64,000 nt of DNA from Camelus dromedarius. Its lineage: Eukaryota. How positions within the stretch are numbered: position 1 is the stretch's first letter; every line of letters begins with the position of its first letter. The translations under genes and the position numbers were made by a program. The stretch is taken from contig NC_087436.1 in assembly GCF_036321535.1 (NCBI RefSeq), positions 27,220,001 through 27,284,000 of the forward strand, read 5' to 3'. Below the pieces are notes generated by a model. The model worked only from the letters and a program-made list of their open reading frames with translations. It was not told where the DNA came from and did not search any database. This document shows, piece by piece, positions 38,951-51,643 of this stretch.

Positions 38951-41689
38951 ACCAAAACTTGTATTTTATTTTCCTGTCCAATTGTTTAAAAATTAACCAT
39001 GAAAATAAGAGATTGTGTTGTTGAAATTCAAGTGTGATTCAAACATATTCATTGTTTTATACTACCACTGATAGACTCATAGTCCCACAATTTAATAAGA
39101 TAACTTTACCTACATACACTGGAAATACAGTGTGTATTTAGCAAACATATTCTGAATTCTAGATAAATTTTGCTTGACAATGTGTATTTTCCATTAAGAA
39201 TGTTTTAATATTAAACAAAAGTGATTTCAGTTTAGCAAGGTATTAGATTTGATAAAAAGTAAATAATAGGGATATCTAAATTTATGCTTCAAGCTCTTCT
39301 TGCAAAATGACAAGGTAATTTCTTTAGACTGAATCATTCATGTATTTGCTTCATCTTTTCAATTTTCCTGTGTAAAAATAGGTTTAGTTTCTTTGTGTGC
39401 TAGAGATCTGAGGATTAAGTCAAAGGCTCTTTCCAATTTCAGAAATCTCTAGATACAAATACAGATTCATTGTATCTATTCGTTTAGTGAAACAGTTTGA
39501 TTGTTATAACTATATCAAATATATTACTGTGAAAAAGTGCACCCCACTGGTATAAAGTTAAGGAATAATATTAAACCTTCAGATCTGCAAAGCTTTATGT
39601 CCAGCATATTAAAAGTATGTTTCATCCGTACAGTGGGGTATTTTTTTAGAAATGAAAAATATTATGCCACAACTAAAATTAGATACATTCAGTTGTGAAG
39701 ATTCAAAACCCAATAAAGACCAAATGATACAGTAAAGTATCAAAAAATAGGTTTTGTATTCCAAATAAGAAAAAGAAGATAAAATAAGCATCAAGTACTA
39801 ATTCAGGTTTTTTTAAAAATAGCATGGTTAATAAAATAGAAGTTAAGGTGTATGAATCTAAAAGAATATACTTGTTCATGCTTTCTTCCAGAAAGAAGAA
39901 TATGGAATACACATTTTTAAACTTAGAATCAATAACTTATGTTGCTCCAAAAATACTCAGGTCTTTATAACAACTTGAGGATATTATTAAATATCTTGTA
40001 ACATGGCATAGCATACATATTTATATACTACCTACTTTTCATGCTTTTAAATCCTCAGTTTTAATCTAGTTTTGTATTTGTATAAAAAGGACCTAATGAG
40101 TCATATGTGACTCCTTAGAATTGTTATGTAACATTATATCTCACAGCATGTAGTTTAACTTTTAAATAGACGTTTAAGCATTTGCTGCTCATTTTTCTTG
40201 CCTGTGATCTTAAAATAATAGTTTTACAACGAATACAATAAAAAATAAAATATATTCCTGGGGCAAAACAAATTCTCTCTACGTATATAGTGGTAAATAG
40301 AACAGTGCCAATTCCTTATATGTAAATTTAAAAATTTCATATAGCTGGGGAATATTTGAGTAAAAATCATATCCATGACTTTGTGTCCATATATTGTACT
40401 ATGCCTTGAATGCTGGAATTCAAAATTGTAAATATTAATTTTTAGGAGATTACATATCTGAGTATTAGTAATAAATACATCTTCCTTAGATAGCATTATC
40501 TTGAGCATTTTATTAGTGAATTAAATACAGCAGTTCTAAAATGTATTTTAACTCTATATCATTGTGGCACATTAAGAAAAAAAAGATGGTTGTAATTGAT
40601 CACACTATTAGGTTTGAGTGATTGAATACAATTTAAAGAGTCTCTGATTTTAAATATAAATTGTCTAATTAGACTCTTGCATGAAATGTGTTTCTTAAAT
40701 TCCTGAGGCAAATTGTAAGCTGAGCAAGTCTATTTCTCATTTATCCTATATATTTTATTGATCAAATAATAAAAGAGTACATAAATTTAGTTTTACTGTA
40801 GGTTTCCTCAAAGTTATAAAAGTTTATCACTGGATTTAGTAAAAACTTCAAAGTGCTGGAGGTATAGAGAGATACCATATACAAACTGTAAAAGAGTCTA
40901 AAACTCAAACTTTTATTTTAATGTATACTTGTAGTTGTCACAGAAATAAGTATAGTGGTTCTGGTGGTGTCTATATAAGTGTCATGGAGAAACAGCCAAA
41001 ATAAGTTATTTATATTTTCAAAAATACTCACTCCACAGTCTACTTATGTATGAAACTGTGCTAAGTAATACTGTAGATAAAATAAAGATAAGACAGATGC
41101 AAGCAGAGGACTCAAATATATATGTGTATATGTAATATACTAAAGCAAAGTCATTTGTCATCAGGAAATGTGTAAGAATACAATTTTGTGAATTTCAGAA
41201 ATACTGAAAGTAAAAGGGTATTTCTGAAACTTTTCTCATGAGACGTTATTCACGCTAGTGTAATAAAATAGATATTATTTGCAGATGAGTGCTCAAACCA
41301 AATTATTATATTTTCATTAATCTGCATTCATTGCTCCCTAAATAATAGAAGTTAGGTTTATATTGAGTTTGCAATTTTTTCCCCTTTCTTTAGATTTTGC
41401 CATTAGCACTATTGGAGGAAAAACTGAGAATTAGAAAGAAGTACAGGATTTCATATGAAGTACATTACATGATAAAAATTTCATAAATTAATTGCTTTCT
41501 AGTCATTTTGGTCTTATGACCTCTTCCAAAAAAAAGATGGAAACTTAATTTCATTTCCCTCTTTCACAAAAAGCACCCAGGTCTTTATGGCCTAGATTTA
41601 ATATTCTGTTACTTCATTTTACATGCAAATGTAAGCCTTGTATCAAATAATAAAAACATTTAAAAATTGTTTAAAATTCTAGACTGTAT

Positions 41690-41815
41690 ATTAAATGTTT
41701 TATGTGGATAATTTCATTTACTCTCCATAATAGCCCAATATATTACCTTCCCCTTTCAAAATGGAAAAAACTCAGACATAGAAATTTTATAAGATTTAAT
41801 TACAAAGTTATACTG
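41690..41815 (-). mobile_element. MIR fragment
   Basis: 'ataatttcatttactctccataatagccc...tttcaaaatggaaaaaactcagacatagaaa'. Confidence 0.45.
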
Positions 41816-42079
41816 CTACCTTCTCATCATCATCTTCATCATTTTATTCATCTTCATTATTGTAATGAAAGAGACTAAATAATATGTTTACTTCCATGAT
41901 GCAATGAAATGTGTTTTTCAGCATGAAATGAATGCTTAACTCTTCTAATAAATTGTAAAAGCTAAGTAATATTTTGGGAATAGATTAGTTCTTTTGGCAT
42001 CTTTCCTGTTGCCAAAAGGAACACAGATAAAGTGCTATGAGAGATAGAATTCTATTGTTAAAATAAGAAACCATCTTCA

Positions 42080-42440
42080 AAAATAGAGCATTTGGACTGA
42101 GTCTGAAAGATAATACTGAAAGAGAACAGGGGTGTGTGTGAAACTAAGTCTAAATGTGAGCTTGACCAATGTGAGGGCTGAGAACACCCAGCTGAGTGAC
42201 CGCAGCTTGGGTCTAGAGGTTTCATTGATCTTCCTTGCAATTCTGGAACATGATGTTGTGGCTGAAGAGGAAGCACCAGGATATATAAACTGGCAGAGAA
42301 CAATAGTAGGTAATTGGAAAGTCACAACTAGGATGTTTCTAGAAATCTGCATCAATGCTTCATCCACTGGGCTGCATTTTAGGGGATTCCTTATGAAGAG
42401 GACAGCCAAACCAAACAGGGCTCACCTCAACACAGAGTAA
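42080..42440 (+). mobile_element. Possible CR1/L3 LINE endonuclease remnant
   Basis: ORF 42132-42440 'DVVAEEEAPGYINWQRT...RMFLEICI...FLMKRTAKPNRAHL' loosely parallels the CR1 APE motif series 'DLVVMGDFNYPDICW...RKFLECI.DNFL.Q....PTRG..LDL'. Confidence 0.38.
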
Positions 42441-42829
42441 TAACGTTTCTACAATAGGAATTTAGGAATGTTAAATCTTAGGGGTTAAATGTTAAATTTA
42501 GGGATTAAATCTTATGGCAACAATGAGGAAAATACCAAAGACACTTCCTTTTAAAGAGCTTACTTTGAGGCTTCGCGTGACTTCTGCTCACACCTCCTTC
42601 ACCAGAACTGACCATTGTCAGCTGCAAGGGAGTTAAAACGAATACTTCAGTTGGACAAATTGCTGCTTCAAAGGATATTAGATTTGTGTTGTAAGCAAGA
42701 AGGACCAAAAAGACACCAGCAGTGTCTACATTGGGATATGAAGGGCCTTTACACTCCAGAAAATGAATGAGAAAAGAGGGAGAATTCATAAAATGAGAAA
42801 AATCCTAAAGTGTGGCAGGCACGCCATCC

Positions 42830-43830
42830 TCAGTTGAAGTTCATAAAACCTAAATTTCAGGTTCCTCACATATTTGGTGCCTTCTGAGGCTTTAGCGGGC
42901 TTTCTCATGAATGTATATATTTATAAAATTTGCAAAATTATGATATTTAAATGATTTTAAATTGGTTAAAAGTATTCTCAATCTTTTTATCATAATTTTT
43001 CCTCTTATGTGCAGGGTGTGCAGGGTGGCATTGTTAGTATTTAGTCAAAGAAAATTTGAGTAAATAATGTTTCATGGTAAAAATATTTTGGAACATCTCA
43101 ATAAAACAATAGGAAATTATAGAGTTCTAATTTGTTCATTAAAGGATAAAGGATAACTTATTTAGTCCCTTTTAAAGTTATTTATTATAAAGTTGAGATA
43201 AAATAATTATTTAAATGTAATAAAATAATAAAAACAATGGCATCAATAGACATTATCTGGAAATCAAGCACTGGTATATAAATTAGGTTAGTTCAAATAT
43301 AGCAGTTAATTAAGTGGAAGAGATAATTTTTAAGAGATGTTAACAAAGAAGCTCTTGAATTATTTGATAATCTGACTATGAAATCATCAAATAAACAATT
43401 TGGAAAAACATTTAAATTTATTCCTGATGGTGTAGAAATTCAAACATTGATGAAGATTGCATGAAACTGTATCAAACACTGCCATGAAAACACTGACAAC
43501 AAAAGGGCTAGTGAAATTCAAACAGTATTTAAGATTTGCCATTGCCTAAGAAAACTGAAATGCCTGACATGTGAAAGGAGCTTAATTTTTCCTAAATTTG
43601 ACAACATTCCTAAACACTTACCAATTATGACTTATGAAGACAAAAAAATAATGAAGACAACAATTTAATAACAAGTTTTGAATTAAATAGTAGAAGTAAA
43701 AGAGTTTTGTTTCTTTTTCATTTTACAGAAAATATTAGATAATATTTGTCTTATTGGGAAAGTCTCAAACTGTATGCACCTGAAAATAAATGTAGAGAAA
43801 AAGTAAAAAATATTAGAGAAATGTGTCAAG
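42830..43830 (+). mobile_element. Zaphod-like hAT (Tip100 group) DNA transposon remnant
   Basis: 5' motif 'tttataaaatttgcaaaattatgatattt...ttggttaa'. The 3' part 'tttcctaaatttgacaacattcctaaacacttaccaattatgacttatgaag' resembles the hAT dimerisation region FPNL..IL....LPIT..EAER. Confidence 0.62.
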
Positions 43831-44119
43831 TATGAATGTTAGTTCAGCTCCTAATTCCTGCATAACGATGGATAGTATATGTAATCTTTCTGAACCTCAG
43901 TTTGAATGAGACTGGATTTGTTTTAATTAGACTTTAATTGTTTTAATTGCCATTGGTAGGTTGATCTGTGACAATTATATAAGGCATATCTATAAAACAT
44001 ACAGCTCCCCGCTATTTGTCAAGAGCAGAGATGCTCTAAGTGACCGTACATATGTATATTGCGTGTAGGACCCTCAACTCTGTGTTCAGTGCTCCTTCCC
44101 ATCTCACCTTTTGTGGTAC

Positions 44120-44778
44120 TGTTGCCGATAGATGCAACCGGTGTTCCAGGTTCTTGTCCTGTCCCAGAAAGAATTCAGAGACAAGACTTAGAGGCTAAGA
44201 AAGGTAAAGTGAGGATTTATTAAAGGTTGGATAGTAGACTCTCAGGGGGAGAGCAGGCAGGCTCAGGTGAGCAGCTGCCCTGAGTTTCTTTGGCAAGTTA
44301 GTTACATAGGGTGTAAAAATGAATGGGCGGAATATTCATCGGGGAGGGAAGGGTTTGGGTTCGTATTCCCTGATTATCATCCCAACTCCACCTTCCCAAA
44401 GGGAGGAGGGATTTTTGTCCTTATTCAATCTGGATCGGAAGTGTCATGGCTTCGGTGCATGATGGGTACTTCTGATCTGCAAGGCTAATTTTATTGAAAT
44501 GAGGGCATAATGAGCAAAAGGTTACATTCGGACACGAGAAATTCCTGCCTTTTCTCACCTTTCTTTGTTCTTCTCCAGGCCACTTGTCATCCCAAAAGTC
44601 ATGATCCCTTATCAGCCCCAAGGTTGCTGCTTTTCTTTCTCTGCCCAAGAATCCCTGCTGCTTACATGATGTGTGGTTTCCGGCATTTGGCCTGTGCCCC
44701 TCCTTTCTGCCCAATTCCTGCCATTTGGTCTGTGCCCCCCTTTGTCTTCTCATATCTAGCTGTCTGCCTGCTCTAACA
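44120..44778 (-). mobile_element. Young ERV1-type solo LTR, copy 1 (659 bp)
   Basis: TG...CA termini, 4-bp TSD GTAC (44116-44119, 44779-44782), AATAAA on the minus strand (~44216-44221). Near-identical to 50995-51643, with CpGs retained. Confidence 0.95.
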
Positions 44779-45309
44779 GTACAGTACCTGGAACTGTGAT
44801 CCTTTTTGAGGGTGATCGGCTGGTAAGTTCTAAATGGTGATCACAGCTCAGTGTTCACAGGTATTCAGGTTCATCCTGATTCCTGTTTTCACAACGTGCG
44901 TTTGAGGGGACTAGTTCAGGAGGATGCCTGTGCTTTCCTGTCCTACCTTATGTTTAGGTCAAGTCCAAGATTGCATTGCTCTAAGAGCATCACAGGCTCC
45001 TAAGTCGTGTTTGACATTTGAAGAACTATAGTTCCTAGCTAACAACTGAGGAGAAATAATTCATTGTTAGCGCAGGACCCAACTCAAACAAGGAACAGAT
45101 TTAAAGATCTATTTTTCTTCCATTAGGTGGAGAATCTCTCTATTTATACAAAAAGAAATTGTTGGCCTTTCAAAGTTTTTTTCGATATACCCATATTTTA
45201 TAATCATCACTGTATCACATGCTGAATGCTTTGAACACTAGGAGTAATGGGCGCTGGAAGGCATTTTCCATGGAAGTAGTCCTAAGCTTAGGACCGCCTG
45301 TAGACAGCA

Positions 45310-45343
45310 GCAGTTTCCACTTATGCCCACCAGGGGGCAGATG
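45310..45343 (+). promoter_or_regulatory. CTCF binding motif with upstream (zinc finger 9-11) module
   Basis: Core TGCCCACCAGGGGGCAG (45324-45340) is preceded by GCAGTTTCC (45310-45318) at about the canonical spacing. Confidence 0.72.
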
Positions 45344-45569
45344 CAGGTGAAACAAAACCTTGGACTTCGCTTAATATTTCAGATTCCAAGTTAAAGACTG
45401 CCAAACAAGACCCAGTCCTCTGGATAGTGTCAGGAAAAGAGAGGAAAACTAGCTAAAGCCAGAGAAGCTTTAGAAAACTCACAGAATTTCTTGGAAATGG
45501 AAGAATTTCCAGGTACCTAAGGTGGCATTAAATTAGCAGAAATCAGACATGAATGAGACTTCAGAGCAT

Positions 45570-45842
45570 TGGACAGTAGAGGATGAGATCGCAGATTCTG
45601 GTACTAGACTGCTTAGATTCAGACCTGGCTCCACTACTTACAAGCTGCAAGACCTTTAGCAAGTTGCTTTAAATTTCTTTATGTCTCAGTAGTCCCACTT
45701 TAAAATGAAATCACTAATAGTACCAACCTTATGGGGATATTATAAGGATTCAGTGATTAATGTTTGAAGTATATTTTTTTAAACCCAACTTAGAACTGTT
45801 ACTTATCACATGGCAAACATTTTATAAATATTAGCTATTATT
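45570..45842 (+). mobile_element. MIR SINE, near full length
   Basis: 'ctagactgcttagattcagacctggctccactacttac...gcaagttgcttt...taatagtaccaaccttatgggg...ataaatattagctatta'. Confidence 0.8.
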
Positions 45843-46429
45843 AGCTCCACAGTTAACTTTGTGGACTAAAGATGGGGAATACAGTAAAATAGAGTGCTCA
45901 GAAGACAATTTATGGACAGACAACTTTTGGTACAAGATGCCTAATCCCCACCCCTACTCCTAGAAATAAACACACAGCCCCAAGTGAAAGAGAAGGGAAA
46001 CCCTTACACCAAATAAGGTAAAGTTTCTGCAGTTTGCATGGAATGGGGGCTTAAAAATAGTCAATTCAATATACAGATAAAATCTACCCTTGAGTTTGTG
46101 GACCAAGTTAGTAGCCACCAGAAGAGTTGTGAAAATTACAGGATATATTTGAATTGCACATCAGGGAGACCAAACTTAGTTTCAGACACCAGAGAATGTT
46201 ACACAAAGAAAATTATTATAAGCTGAATCCTAAAAGGTGACTAAAAATTCTCAAGGCAATGAGATTTCTTTTTTTTTTTTTCTCCAGCAAAAGGAAACCT
46301 CTAAGTTCTTGCATAGACAACAACAAAAGCATTATAAATCCTAACAGCTGAACAAAATCCAGAGTGTTTTGAGCCTCCAGGTATTCAAGGAAGAGTCCTG
46401 TCATTTCTGCTTCTGATATTTATTTTAAA

Positions 46430-46730
46430 TGAACCAACATATTTCCATTTTCACTGCTACCAAACTGGTTTCTGACCCAGATTTCTAGAACAGCTGTAAC
46501 TGATCCTCATACCTGCAGAACTGCTCTAATCCAACCCAGTCCCCAAATTATGGCCAGGCAAGGACTTTGAGGAATATATATCTGATGCTTTTCTTTTTAA
46601 AACAATCCAGCAGCTCCCCCATGCATTTAGGATAAGTTTCAGGAGCTTGTATAACATAAAAAGTCCTCAAAATGCTGATCTCCTGTGTAACTCTCCAGCT
46701 CCATTTCTTGTCTAGCCCTGTTCCAGCCTC
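46430..46730 (+). mobile_element. L2 fragment
   Basis: 'ttccattttcactgctacc', 'aaaacaatccagcagctccccatgcatttaggataa'. Confidence 0.5.
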
Positions 46731-48018
46731 AGTAGAATGTCTCCCCCATTAAGCCTTTCTTTCAAGGAAGCCAGGGATGTAGCTCATCCACTATGTCTCA
46801 GGGACCGTAGCTCATGCAGTGGGTCCTCAATGACCAGCATGTTGCCCCACTTAATGATAGGTTGGATAATTTTTTTCTTGAATTTATATGAGTAAGACAT
46901 TCATGCCCACGTCTAAGTTCCTGTTCTCTTCTTCATTAAAACCTTAGGAGCAGAGGCTCTCGGATATTTTAAAGACAGCGTTAGTTCTTTTATCTAAAGA
47001 AATCTAAATAAAGAACATTCCCATAATTTGTTAAATGCCAGTACAAATATAATAGGTGTAATAAACCCCAACTATCCATCCTTGCTATGAGAGGCAGGAT
47101 GAAAGGGAAAAGGACTGAATTACCCATGTGCTGAGCTGTGTGGCATTTTTGGCACTTACTCTACATGAAGTAGGTGTGATAATGCAATTTATTGTACTTT
47201 ATGTTTCCGTTATTTTCCAACAAGTGTTTGTAAATATTTAATCATTTGCATAAAACTTAATTTCAACTATCAGTAGGGTATTATTAATATTTAATGATCA
47301 GTTTGAAAAAGAATCATGATTATTTTCACTGTAGATAACTGAATAATGTAAAACATTCATTTATTTATTTAACTAATATTACACAATCAGTATGTGCCAT
47401 AAACGGGTATATTCAGAGGATACAAAACAGATAAAATAGAGATTGATTCTCCATGAGCTTATTGTTTGGTATGTTCTGATCATTTAAAAAAATATCAAAA
47501 ACAGATGTAGTATACTTTGTATTCTTTTAATGAGTAAGTATTTCCTAAAGATTACTTTTTGATCTCTCAATTCTGAGTAACATAAATATATAATTTTATC
47601 CAGGTTATTTGTAAGATAAGTATAAAATTTTAAGGTAAGACCACCTTTAGTGAAAGAAAATGATAAAAAAAAAAACTGATAGCTAAGAGACATGAATACA
47701 GAGAAAAATGAAACTGCACTAAAATCTTTGTTTGATATTTTTTCTTGCCTATGATTTCAAATTCTAGCCAGTCTTTATAATTTCATTCCTTTGGGATTTG
47801 GCACAAGTAGAAAAGTTCACATTGTCTGAAGTAAAAACGTCTTTAAATGTTGAGTAACAGTCAGAGCCCAAATGAAGGGGTGATTTCTTCTGCACTTCCC
47901 AGTGACTTGGACACACACAAAACATTTCCAGATCTTGGGAGAGGAAGAGAGATCTGTGAATCACAAGAAGATAGGTGACCTGGAGGTGGCAAGAGACCCA
48001 GGGTCAATGGCATTATGT

Positions 48019-48205
48019 TAGGGTTGCCAGATTTTGTAAGTAAAATACCGGGCACCCAACTAAGCTTTAATTCAAAGTAAACAACAAGTAATATTTTAGT
48101 ATAAGGATATCCCAGGCAACATTAGGACATTCTTATACTAAAACATTATTTGTTGTTCACCAAATTCAAATATACCTGGATATCTTGTATTCTATCTGGC
48201 AATCT
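48019..48205. mobile_element. MER53-like palindromic hAT MITE
   Basis: TIRs tagggttgccagat...atctggcaat; internal inverted arms 'ttttagtataag'/'cttatactaaaa'. 8-bp TSD CATTATGT / CATCATGT (48011-48018, 48206-48213). Confidence 0.85.
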
Positions 48206-48289
48206 CATCATGTTTCACTTAGGGATATCAGATCCTAGACTCCTGAGAGGTCTTGCACCAAAGAATTGCATATTCCAAATTTGGTAATA

Positions 48290-48470
48290 ACAATAATGAA
48301 AATTCATAGAACACTTTTACCCTGCGATGCATTTTTTTTAAGTCACATGTTCATTATATCCTTCATCCTCACAAGAATCCTATGAATATTGTTACTATTT
48401 CCTACCTCATAGGTGAGGAAAACATGCAAAAGAAAAGCTGGGAAATTTACTGAAGCTCTTAGTGCAATCA
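48290..48470 (-). mobile_element. MIR fragment
   Basis: 'catcctcacaagaatcctatgaa...tactatttcctacctcataggtgaggaaaac'. Confidence 0.6.
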
Positions 48471-49233
48471 GTATTGTAAGGGCCCCAGTCTGTCCAGTAG
48501 CTCTGAACAAGGGAGAGATTCAGGGAACTAACCAAGCAGTCTGACCACAGAGGCTGCTGTCTCAAGCAGGCACTTCTTGATCAGAGAGGATGCAGGTGAG
48601 ATCCTGGGTATGATGGACCTATGAGTTGGGAGAATGGCCAGTTCAGACAACCTAGTGATGACAGCAGGGCCCTTCCCTAAAGCTTAGAACTTCCTGTGAT
48701 CCGGACATAGCTGGAGAACTCGTCCATAAATGCTAGAATGGATTGTTTACATGGTATTGGAACCTGCACTTTCTGACATCACCATCAGGTCCCTGTCAGG
48801 GAATTGGGTTCAGATAACACATGATTGTGGAATCTCAGAAGGCACTGTTGATGTTAGCTATCTGGGTGGACTATGAAAACACCTAATTTAGATATAACTG
48901 CAGACTACTTTGAAATGCTGCTCAAATAGAAGGTAGTCACAGAAGAAAGTGGAAAGCTTAGCATTTTTTGACTCTGCTAGCAAGTGCAATTTCTCTGAGA
49001 TTCCTAAATGAGCATTAGAACTGGAATGGACATCTAACATTCAGATGCTTTCCTCCAATTCTTAAAAAAAAAGTCAAATCTGTCAACACCCTAAATCTGG
49101 ACATACCTCTGGATGCTGGGCAACCATGCTGAGACAGACTGTCAGCCTGACATACTATCTATGCCGAAACAGGAATCTACCAAAAGTGAGTTTATCTTCT
49201 GAGAATAGGACCAATACAGTAGAACAAGTGATG

Positions 49234-49459
49234 TCCCTCCCTCCCTCCCCCTCCTTCCTTCCCTCTTTCTTTCAATTTCTCTTTCTTTTCCTTCTTTCTT
49301 TATCTTATCTTTCTTTTTTCTTTCTTCCTTCCTTTCTTTCTTTTTCTTTCTTTCTTTTTCTTTCTGTCTCTTTCCTTCCTTCCTTCCTTCTTTCCTTCCT
49401 TCCTTTTCTTCCTTCTCTTCCTCTTTCTTCCTCTTTCTTTCCTTTCTTTTCTATCTTTT
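49234..49459 (+). repeat. Polypyrimidine (TCCC/TTCC/TTTC) low-complexity tract
   Basis: ~225 bp that is almost entirely C/T. It explains the F/S/L/P-rich ORF 49126-49521. Confidence 0.95.
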
Positions 49460-49740
49460 GTTTGTTCAGTGAATATTTACCAAGCTCCTTCCACGCATTA
49501 GGTACTGTTTTAAGTGCCTGAGATAATCCAGCAAAAGAAACAGTCCAAAATCTCTGGACTTGTGGATTTTACATTCTAGTGGGTAGGCAAAGGAAAAAAA
49601 AAGATATATGTCAATAATGTTCAAAATTAATAAAGGCTAAAGAAAAAAACTGTAGAGCAGGTTGCAGTTCTTAAAAGGGAGTCACAGATAGGCTTCACTG
49701 TGAAAATCATATTTGAGCAAAGACTAGAAGAAGTGAAGTG
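49460..49740 (-). mobile_element. L2 3' end
   Basis: 'ttcagtgaatatttaccaagctcc...aggtactgttttaagtgcctgagata...ttacattctagtggg...atttgagcaaagactagaag'. Confidence 0.7.
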
Positions 49741-50994
49741 AAGTTATTAATGGTATTTTCAGTTTCATCTGTTCAACATCACATATTTCTTACTCTTTCC
49801 TTTCTGATATTTTCATTCTGGTCAGAAATTATTCAGAGGTAAATTTCAATTGAAATTACTGCTAAGTGATTTTTTTTTTAAAGGACTAACCAATTAATTT
49901 TATTTTGCCATCTAATCTTATTACAAAATTACCAAGCCTATATTCATAGCTCCAAGCTTAAGCTATTGCTTGAACTCATTATGCATTTTGAGTTTCTTTC
50001 AAGTAGTGTCAAGTACTCTACATTATAAAGTAGCCATATGTTCTTTCTTTCAATTTTTTTCTCAAATAAGATTAAAATATATACAGTTTTTCAATCTAAG
50101 TTTTACTTTGAAAACATTAGAGTGATATAAATCAATTTCCTTTTATCTAACCTGTTAAAATAACTAATTCACACACACCTTTTGTTAAATACATTTTCTC
50201 TATTTATTCAAAAGTAATGTGGGGAGTGAAGTGGATTTAATCATTGAGGTTAACAATTAAAAATCCAGGCAAAGGCTCTTCTTTCAAACTTGGCTCTTTA
50301 AAATTCAAAAATCTATCATCATTTTTTCCCCCTGTGAGATGTTTGGGATTCCTGTATTACTTCCTATATTACTTCATAGTGAATTTGAGCTTGTATCACC
50401 AAATAAGAGCCAAGGGATAGTTGTGGGAGAGAAAGCACATGGCTATAAATACATACATACTTAACATACAGACCTAAGAGCTCTTGTTAGTTTTGCTCCG
50501 TTTAGGCTAGTGAAAATGTAAAGCATTAAAAATCTCTCAATTTTAAATAAATATCACTAATGCAAATTGATCAAGAATAAGATACAAGAAAAGCAAGATT
50601 TTTGTTTAAGAAAAGAGGATCACATATGAGTAATTAGGTAACTGAGTGATTGTCATATAATAGCAGATATAGCATATATAATAAACTCATGATATTAAAA
50701 TATGTACCCTTAAGATCCAAATTCAGTGTAAAACATGTCAGTATAGATGTTACGGTTTGCAAAAGATGAAGCAGAAACATGAAAGTGTAACCTTAGAATT
50801 TTCATGAAGGCTCTGGCTTATATCCTTTGTTTATCTCTGATATTGTTTCTCACGACATTTTACTAAGATATTAATAAAAGCAGGCAAAAGATGTCAATCC
50901 ATAGAAATCTTTAATGTTTGAGACTATGTAGATATAGTCCTCACAGTCTAAAATAAATGGACAAAGGATTCAATAGGTGGTTTGCTTATGGTTT

Positions 50995-51643
50995 TGTCGC
51001 CGATAGATGCAACGGGTGTTCCAGGTTCTTGTCCCGTCCCAGAAAGAATTCAGAGACAAACAAGACTTAGAGGTTAAAAAGGTAAAGTGAGGATTTATTA
51101 AGGGATGCATAGTACACTCTCAGGGGAGAGCGGGCAGGCTCAGGTGAGCAGCTGCCCTGAGTTTCTTTGGCAAGTTAGTTACATAGGGTGTAAAAATGAA
51201 TGGGCGGAATATTCATCGGGGAGGGAAGGGTTTGGGTTCGTATTCCCTGATTATCATCCCAACTCCACCTTCCCAAAGGGAGGAGGGATTTTTGTCCTTA
51301 TTCAGTCTGGATCGGAAGTGTCATGGCATCGGTGCATGATGGGTACTTCTGATCTGCAAGGCTAATTTTATTGAAATGAGAGCATAATGAGTAAAAGGTT
51401 ACATTCGGACACTGGAAATTCCTGCCTTTTTTGACCTTTCTTTGTTGGTTTCCAGGCCAAAAGGTGTGCTCCCTTATCAGCCCAAAGATTCCAGCTTTTC
51501 TTTCTCTGCCCAGGGATCCCTGCTGCTCACATGATGTGTGGTTTCCTGCATTTGGCCTGTGCCCCTCCTTTCTGCCCAATTCCTGCCATTTGGTCTGTGT
51601 CCCCCTTTCTCTGCTCATATCTAGCTCTCTGCCTGCTCTAACA
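50995..51643 (-). mobile_element. Young ERV1-type solo LTR, copy 2 (649 bp)
   Basis: TG...CA termini, 4-bp TSD GTTT (50991-50994, 51644-51647). Same family and orientation as 44120-44778. Confidence 0.95.

Noticed and set aside
42455..42520. Interstitial telomeric repeat
   Set aside because: Only two isolated TTAGGG within a short degenerate ~21-bp duplication.
49126..49521. 131-aa hydrophobic membrane protein
   Set aside because: Translation of a C/T simple repeat that cannot contain stop codons.
44120..51643. Full-length endogenous provirus bounded by two LTRs
   Set aside because: Each LTR has its own distinct TSD, and the interior is old host sequence with no PBS, PPT or retroviral ORFs.
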